DNA of 64,000 bases from Runella sp. (GTDB lineage Bacteria > Bacteroidota > Bacteroidia > Cytophagales > Spirosomataceae). Shown piece by piece: positions 58,816 to 64,000 of the stretch. Location of the stretch: contig JBKBKL010000002.1 in NCBI GenBank assembly GCA_046294665.1, forward strand, positions 6,328 to 70,327, given 5' to 3'. The notes under the pieces were generated by a model. That model had not been told where the DNA came from, ran no database searches, and saw only the letters and a program-made list of their open reading frames with translations. A program made the translations under genes and the position numbers. Every line of letters starts with the position of its first letter. Positions within the stretch are counted from its first letter, which is position 1.

Positions 58816-59574
58816 TCATTTGCCATTCAATTCCCAGTAATAATCCATGTGTGTGATGTTGGTATTTTTATCAATCTTCACTGTCGAGTATTTATTTACC
58901 CAATCTATGATAGGCATATTTTTGGTAAAATCACCTCCATACCAAGACATGATTTTCGACAAATCGGCTTTTTCTTTCGTAATGTTATTTTTGGTTTTGT
59001 CGTTTAAGAAATCTACGCCCTGATCATCGAGTTGTTTGTCGAGGCGGTCGGCTACAAAGGCTTCATTGCGGAGCGGCGGGCAGGATTTGGCAGCACATAC
59101 AAGCGCGAAATGAATACGAGGGTCGTTGAATTTTTTGCGTATGATGCCATGCTCTATGTTGTTCAAGTCCATTTTTTTCCCTCCTATGGTAATAAATTTG
59201 ATGTCCCAAGGCGTATTAACAAAGGGAATTTTGATTTTTGAGCCGATGTCTTTGATGCTACTGATACCTGGGTAATGGTCTAAGATGAGTTGTACCGTGA
59301 AAGCATTGTAGGCATTAATCCAGTAGGCCAGTTGCTCCTCTTTGCTCCATTTGTCGTTTGGGGCATTGTTGCTGAGCATATCGAGGTATTTTTTGAGTTC
59401 GTCGTAGTCTTTTTTGAAATTAGTATAATTGACAAATCCTTTGTCGTTTACGTGTTTTTTGAGAAGTTTGTCCCAAGCCGAATGATCTACGGGGGCGGCA
59501 TTGGAAGTAGGCGACGAGGTGCAGTAGCTCAACGAGGCTACACTTATCAAAATCAAGAAAAGAATAGAGCGCAT
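58816..59574 (-). CDS. DUF547 domain protein
   Basis: LAYWINAYNAFT, LNNIEHGIIR, DPRIHFALVCAAKSCPPL, YYWELN. ATG 59574 preferred. Confidence 0.88.
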   Translation of the reverse strand: MRSILFLILISVASLSYCTSSPTSNAAPVDHSAWDKLLKKHVNDKGFVNYTNFKKDYDELKKYLDMLSNNAPNDKWSKEEQLAYWINAYNAFTVQLILDHYPGISSIKDIGSKIKIPFVNTPWDIKFITIGGKKMDLNNIEHGIIRKKFNDPRIHFALVCAAKSCPPLRNEAFVADRLDKQLDDQGVDFLNDKTKNNITKEKADLSKIMSWYGGDFTKNMPIIDWVNKYSTVKIDKNTNITHMDYYWELNGK

Positions 59575-59652
59575 GACGATGAATGTTTTTAACGTATATA
59601 CCCAAACAAACGCCAAAAAGATGGGGTTGTTTGATAAATTGCCTTCAAAATT

Positions 59653-60441
59653 ATGAATCTTACCCTCACAGACAAAACGGCTATCGTATGCGGTAGCACC
59701 CAAGGGATCGGTCGTGCTACGGCCATTGAACTGGCCTCTATGGGGGCCAACGTAACCCTCATGGCACGCCACGAAACTGCCTTGCAACAAACCCTGCAAC
59801 TGCTGGATACTGCCCAAGGGCAAACTCACCGTTACATTGTAGCGGACTTTACTAAATCATCGGAAGTAAAAGGAGCCATTGAGGATTATTTGGCACAATA
59901 CCCAAATGTACATATTTTAGTCAATAACACAGGTGGGCCGGCAGGCGGGCCGATCATCGAGGCTAAGGCAGAGCAGTTTTTGCAGACCTTTGAAATGCAC
60001 TTGCTCAACAACCAAATCTTGGCGCAGGCCCTAGTTCCTTCGATGAAGGCAGTAGGTTTTGGACGCATCGTCAATATCATTTCAACATCGGTCAAAGAGC
60101 CGATTGTAGGGCTGGGTGTTTCCAATACTGTTCGTTGGGCGGTGGCAAGTTGGGCCAAGACTTTGGCTCGCGAAATCGGAAAGTTTGGCATCACCGTCAA
60201 TAACGTTCTCCCCGGCTATACCAAAACTGGAAGGCTGGCGGCTGTCAATCAAATGCGCGCACAAAACACAGGCCAGACCGTAGAAGCCGTAGAACGGGAG
60301 CTATTGACAGGGATTCCGATAGGGCGTTTTGCTGAGGCCGAAGAAGTAGCAGCAGCAGTGGCTTTTTTGTGTAGCCCTGCGGCGGGAGCTATCACAGGCA
60401 TCAATCTGCCTGTGGACGGTGGTAAAACGGGCAGCCTTTAA
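59653..60441 (+). CDS. SDR oxidoreductase (FabG-like)
   Basis: CGSTQGIG, LVNNTGGP, SNTVR, VNNVLPG, ITGINLPVDGG. Confidence 0.92.
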   Translation: MNLTLTDKTAIVCGSTQGIGRATAIELASMGANVTLMARHETALQQTLQLLDTAQGQTHRYIVADFTKSSEVKGAIEDYLAQYPNVHILVNNTGGPAGGPIIEAKAEQFLQTFEMHLLNNQILAQALVPSMKAVGFGRIVNIISTSVKEPIVGLGVSNTVRWAVASWAKTLAREIGKFGITVNNVLPGYTKTGRLAAVNQMRAQNTGQTVEAVERELLTGIPIGRFAEAEEVAAAVAFLCSPAAGAITGINLPVDGGKTGSL

Positions 60442-60452
60442 ATCAAACCCTT

Positions 60453-61541
60453 TTAGCGCAAGCTCACATCGCCATATTTGGCCACTACCTTTACCTTGGG
60501 GCCGTTGCCTTTGCCTATGGTTCCGATATATTGTTTGGTAAAGCGAGGGCCACGCTGGGGGTCATTTTCGCGCTGGTCGTCGTTCTGGATAAAGTTTACC
60601 CTTCGGTCGTTGGGGTAGCGAAAGCCTCCATGCGTAACTGTGATGTCAAACTGGCAATCATTGTTGTCGGCGGGCATGGTAAGCGAGGAGTAATTGGCCA
60701 AAATGTCTATCATCTCGGCAGAAGGAGCTACTTGCTCTATCCGAAACCCGCCCGAGAAGTCCAATTTGAGGGTACAAGTACCTTTGAGTGTGCCAATATT
60801 CCCTCCCGAATAACCAATTTTGCCATCGAGTTTTTCAACTTGCCCTATTTTGAGTTTACCGAAGCGGTTGTTGATACTAAGCACACGGGCATTGTCGAGG
60901 TCAAGCGTAGAATAGGCGATGTCCAATTTGCCATTGTCAAGTTGTTGGATTTGGGCTTTGCCATACGATACCGCGATGTCGTTGCGGCTACCTACCAGTT
61001 CATTGGCGACAAAGCCCCCGTACTGCGACATCACAGTGAGCGGTGCCCGAAACATCGGTATATCTGTCGTGCCAAAACGATTTTTGACATGGAGTGCCAT
61101 GTTTTTGGGCATCGAAACTTGGTAGTCTATTTGTACGAAATTTTTACTGTCGTCGCTACTTTTCCACGACCAGTTGTTCAATACGCCCCCCATGCTTCGG
61201 TTGAGTTTCGTCAAGATGCTGATTTGGTCGCCGGTGCGTTGATCGGTGATTTCGACGGCATCCAAGTACTCTTGCAGGCGAGTGGCGGTAGTGGCTTTGG
61301 CAGTAATGGTGATGTCCACCCGAACCTCATTTTTGTCCCAAAGGTTGATTTTGACAAGTCCAAATTGGTTGTCTATCAGCAGGTGGTCTTTGGGGTTTGC
61401 GTCAAATATCTTGATGACCGATTTGCGTTTTTCGAGATTTTGAAATCTGGCAGCCCAGACTGGTGATGCCGTCATAAGTACACTCAGAAGACTTATACAG
61501 ATGAAGCCTGTTTTGGGACTACATAATTTTATCGTTTTCAT
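60453..61541 (-). CDS. DUF4097/adhesin-like beta-repeat secreted protein
   Basis: Repeats IDNQFGLV, VKNRFGTT, VMSQYGGF, INNRFGKL, VVAKYGDV; signal peptide. Confidence 0.7.
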   Translation of the reverse strand: MKTIKLCSPKTGFICISLLSVLMTASPVWAARFQNLEKRKSVIKIFDANPKDHLLIDNQFGLVKINLWDKNEVRVDITITAKATTATRLQEYLDAVEITDQRTGDQISILTKLNRSMGGVLNNWSWKSSDDSKNFVQIDYQVSMPKNMALHVKNRFGTTDIPMFRAPLTVMSQYGGFVANELVGSRNDIAVSYGKAQIQQLDNGKLDIAYSTLDLDNARVLSINNRFGKLKIGQVEKLDGKIGYSGGNIGTLKGTCTLKLDFSGGFRIEQVAPSAEMIDILANYSSLTMPADNNDCQFDITVTHGGFRYPNDRRVNFIQNDDQRENDPQRGPRFTKQYIGTIGKGNGPKVKVVAKYGDVSLR

Positions 61542-62106
61542 GTTTTGATTTTTGTTTGATTCGTTGGATAATACCCAACTGCTGGTTCAATAAATCTATT
61601 TGCCATTGTAGGTTTTGAATCATAGCTTGAATCAATACCTCTTGGTTAGGATTTTGGGGCAGGTCGGCTTTCAAGCGTTGATAGGAGGCTTCGAGTTGGT
61701 TGAGTTCGGTCGAAAACTCTTTATAAAGCATGGGGTCTGATTGGGTCAGACGGCGCAGTTCGACTCGCTTGGTTTCGATAAGCTGGGCATATTGGCTCAC
61801 TTGGCGAGCGTAAGTTGGGTTGCTCAAGGCCAAAGTAGGTTGCTCCAAAATACGATACTGTTGGTTGAGTTGATAGCCATAAAACGCCAATCCTACCAAC
61901 AACGCTACCGATGCCGCTATGCGCCAGTCAAGTCGAATGGCAAATTCACGTCTTTTTGAGCGAGTATTCAAATCCTTGAGAGCGGACTTATCAGTATTAT
62001 TTTGGGGCAATTTTTGGCTGATTTTCTCCCAGAGGTCGTCAGAAGGGATTTCGGTGTCGAATGCCTCGCGGTTGTCCCTAATAAATCGGTGCAGTTTATC
62101 TTTCAT
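61519..62106 (-). CDS. Putative anti-sigma factor
   Basis: FIRDNREAFDTEIPSDDLWEKI, TM segment WRIAASVALLVG, C-terminal coiled coil. Confidence 0.78.
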   Translation of the reverse strand: MKDKLHRFIRDNREAFDTEIPSDDLWEKISQKLPQNNTDKSALKDLNTRSKRREFAIRLDWRIAASVALLVGLAFYGYQLNQQYRILEQPTLALSNPTYARQVSQYAQLIETKRVELRRLTQSDPMLYKEFSTELNQLEASYQRLKADLPQNPNQEVLIQAMIQNLQWQIDLLNQQLGIIQRIKQKSKHENDKIM

Positions 62107-62110
62107 TTTT

Positions 62111-62698
62111 TTAGTGCTTTTTCAACATTTCCAACAATTTCTTTCTTCCTCTCATGTATTGGCTACGTGATGTGGACTCACTGATGCCGAGGATTTCGCC
62201 GATTTCTTCGTGGTCGTAGCCTTCAAACAAATACAGCGACAATACCACCCGATAGCCCTCCGGCAACTCCCTCATGGCATATTTGACTCGTTCTACGTCC
62301 AGTTGTAAGTCCTCGTAGTCGGTGGGAGGCTCGTCGGGCAGGTCTATACCATCTTCTTGGGTGTAGTCGTCTATGGCTACCCACTGTACTTTGCGCTGCC
62401 GCAGGTGATTGATGGCTTTATTGACCACAATTTGCTTGAGCCATGCGCCAAAGGTGGAGTCGCCTTTGAAGCTATCCAAATGCCCAAAAGCATCTACAAA
62501 TGCCTCCTGCAAGACATCTTCGGCTTCGCCTACGTGATTGACCACCCGCATACAAACGTTGAGCATGGATTTGGCGTAAAGTTTGTACAATTCGTATTGA
62601 GCTTTACGTTCTCCTTGCTTACATCTTTCGACGAGTTGGACGTGCTTGTCTATGAATAATTTAGGTTCCAAAGGGCTGTATTTTCGTGTCAATGACAA
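62111..62698 (-). CDS. ECF RNA polymerase sigma factor
   Basis: AEDVLQEAF, TFGAWLKQIVVN, LPEGYRVVLSLYLFEGYDHEEIG. True start may be TTG 62671. Confidence 0.93.
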   Translation of the reverse strand: MSLTRKYSPLEPKLFIDKHVQLVERCKQGERKAQYELYKLYAKSMLNVCMRVVNHVGEAEDVLQEAFVDAFGHLDSFKGDSTFGAWLKQIVVNKAINHLRQRKVQWVAIDDYTQEDGIDLPDEPPTDYEDLQLDVERVKYAMRELPEGYRVVLSLYLFEGYDHEEIGEILGISESTSRSQYMRGRKKLLEMLKKH

Positions 62699-62807
62699 AG
62701 CTAAAGAAAGAAGTGTTGCATCGAACGATAAAAAAAGTCTAAAACTTCAAACAAGGGTATGCAAAATGTGTCCTACTTTTAGGTTTGTGAAAAATAACTG
62801 TTCGGCT

Positions 62808-63752
62808 ATGGTCAGAATTTATTATCGAGAAGGAAAGCAAGTAAAGCGCGAAAATGATGTGCGTGAGATAGGGCATTTGAAAAATCTGATTTGGGTAGAT
62901 TTGCAGTCGCCTTCACAGGAAGAAGAAGAGTGGATAGAAACCAAATGTAATATCAGTTTCCAAACGCCTCAAGAAATCGTAGAGATTGAGAGCAGTGCGC
63001 GGTATTTTGAGCAAGATAATACCATCAATGCCAACTCTAACTTTCTGAAAATCAATGCAGAAGGGTATGAGATTTACCCAGTATCTATCATGATTAAAGG
63101 CAACGTACTTTTTACGTATCGCAATGGCGACTCCAAGACTTTTGCCGATACAGTGCGTAAAATGAAGGTCAGTCAAGAAACTTTCCAATGTGGGGTGGAT
63201 ATACTGCTCTTACTGCTCGAAACCCGCATCGAATCGGAGGCTGATGTATTGGAAGGCATCTCGCGTGATATTTCAAATTTGAGCAAAAGCCTCAACCGCG
63301 AACAAAAAGCCAAACAAGATATACTGCTCAAAATCAGTATGATGCAAGAAAACTCCATGCTCATACGTGAAACCATCATTGACAAACAGCGTGTACTTTC
63401 GGGTATGTTGCGAAGTCAGTTTTTTCCTGATGATCACAAAGAACGCTTGCGTATCGTACTGAAAGACATCAGTTCTCTGCTCGAATACAGTACTTTCAAC
63501 TTCGAGCGGTTGGAGTATTTACAGAATACGTTTATGGGTTTGATCAACTTGGAACAAAACCAAATCATCAAAATCTTTACGGTTTTTACGATTATCTTCA
63601 TGCCCCCGACACTGATTGCCGGGATTTTTGGTATGAACTACAATATCATTCCTACCAGCGATGAGCCTTTTGGATTTTGGTGGGCCTTATTGATGATGAT
63701 AGGCTCTATGGGATTGTTGATATGGTTTTTTAGAAGAAAGAATTGGATTTGA
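62808..63752 (+). CDS. corA: Magnesium/cobalt transporter CorA
   Basis: WVDLQSP, EIESSARY, PPTLIAGIFGMN signature, two C-terminal TMs. ATG 62808 preferred. Confidence 0.93.
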   Translation: MVRIYYREGKQVKRENDVREIGHLKNLIWVDLQSPSQEEEEWIETKCNISFQTPQEIVEIESSARYFEQDNTINANSNFLKINAEGYEIYPVSIMIKGNVLFTYRNGDSKTFADTVRKMKVSQETFQCGVDILLLLLETRIESEADVLEGISRDISNLSKSLNREQKAKQDILLKISMMQENSMLIRETIIDKQRVLSGMLRSQFFPDDHKERLRIVLKDISSLLEYSTFNFERLEYLQNTFMGLINLEQNQIIKIFTVFTIIFMPPTLIAGIFGMNYNIIPTSDEPFGFWWALLMMIGSMGLLIWFFRRKNWI

Positions 63753-63753
63753 G

Positions 63754-64000
63754 TTATTGCAATAATAAAGGTACCGACAGGGTATCTGTTTCGATGATAT
63801 TGCTAGCATTGAAAGCACGGTCGCGAACACGAATTTGGAATTTGACGGTATTGAGTCGAGCATTGCGTGAGTAGGGGAAAAACACCGAATAATCCAAACG
63901 GCCTTCGATAGGGCCGCGCCTGTTGTCAGGTTTGAGTGGTGGGAAGAAGATTTTGGCATTGGCAGGCAAAATCACCTCCTCAAAGCGATTGCCTTGCACA
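63754..64000 (-). CDS. 3' part of a hypothetical protein whose start lies beyond the window
   Basis: Frame open to the edge, ending ...VKFQIRVRDRAFNASNIIETDTLSVPLLLQ; converges on corA. Confidence 0.6.
   Translation of the reverse strand, partial: VQGNRFEEVILPANAKIFFPPLKPDNRRGPIEGRLDYSVFFPYSRNARLNTVKFQIRVRDRAFNASNIIETDTLSVPLLLQ

Noticed and set aside
59575-59829. N-terminal extension of the DUF547 ORF, and likewise 30793-31137, 35617-35775 and 62646-62807
   Set aside because: The extensions overlap divergent genes or intergenic DNA, while downstream ATGs give proper signal peptides or family N-termini.
60531-61466. 311-aa plus-strand ORF, and similar long antisense ORFs at 1456-2316, 4871-5509, 14590-15219 and 32267-33055
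   Set aside because: Each lies wholly opposite a well-supported gene and has no recognisable motif; these are codon-bias shadows.

Overview
A gene-dense chromosomal window from a Bacteroidota genome; gene content suggests a Cytophagales/Spirosomataceae-like organism (inference). It holds two SusC/SusD loci. The first diverges from a phosphonatase-like HAD gene across Pho-box-like repeats. The second is an ECF sigma/FecR locus with an atypical GH13, a cytochrome-c/FG-GAP lipoprotein and an SGNH-TPR protein. Also present are two tandem S8 proteases, a GH65 phosphorylase, an AT-rich orphan ORF inside a palindrome array, slyD, agmatine deiminase, holB, a CRTAC1/FG-GAP lipoprotein, a PVC-type heme protein, two ECF/anti-sigma/DUF4097-like operons, an acyl-CoA oxidase-like gene, a surface-glycan modification cassette, rpoN, one intact IS5-family element and corA. 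The most striking non-gene signal is a set of REP/MITE-like palindrome families. One 64-bp element lies in frame at equivalent loops of a single beta-propeller gene: two near-identical copies plus two decayed ones. No rRNA, tRNA or CRISPR array was seen. All family assignments come from motif recognition, not database searches.
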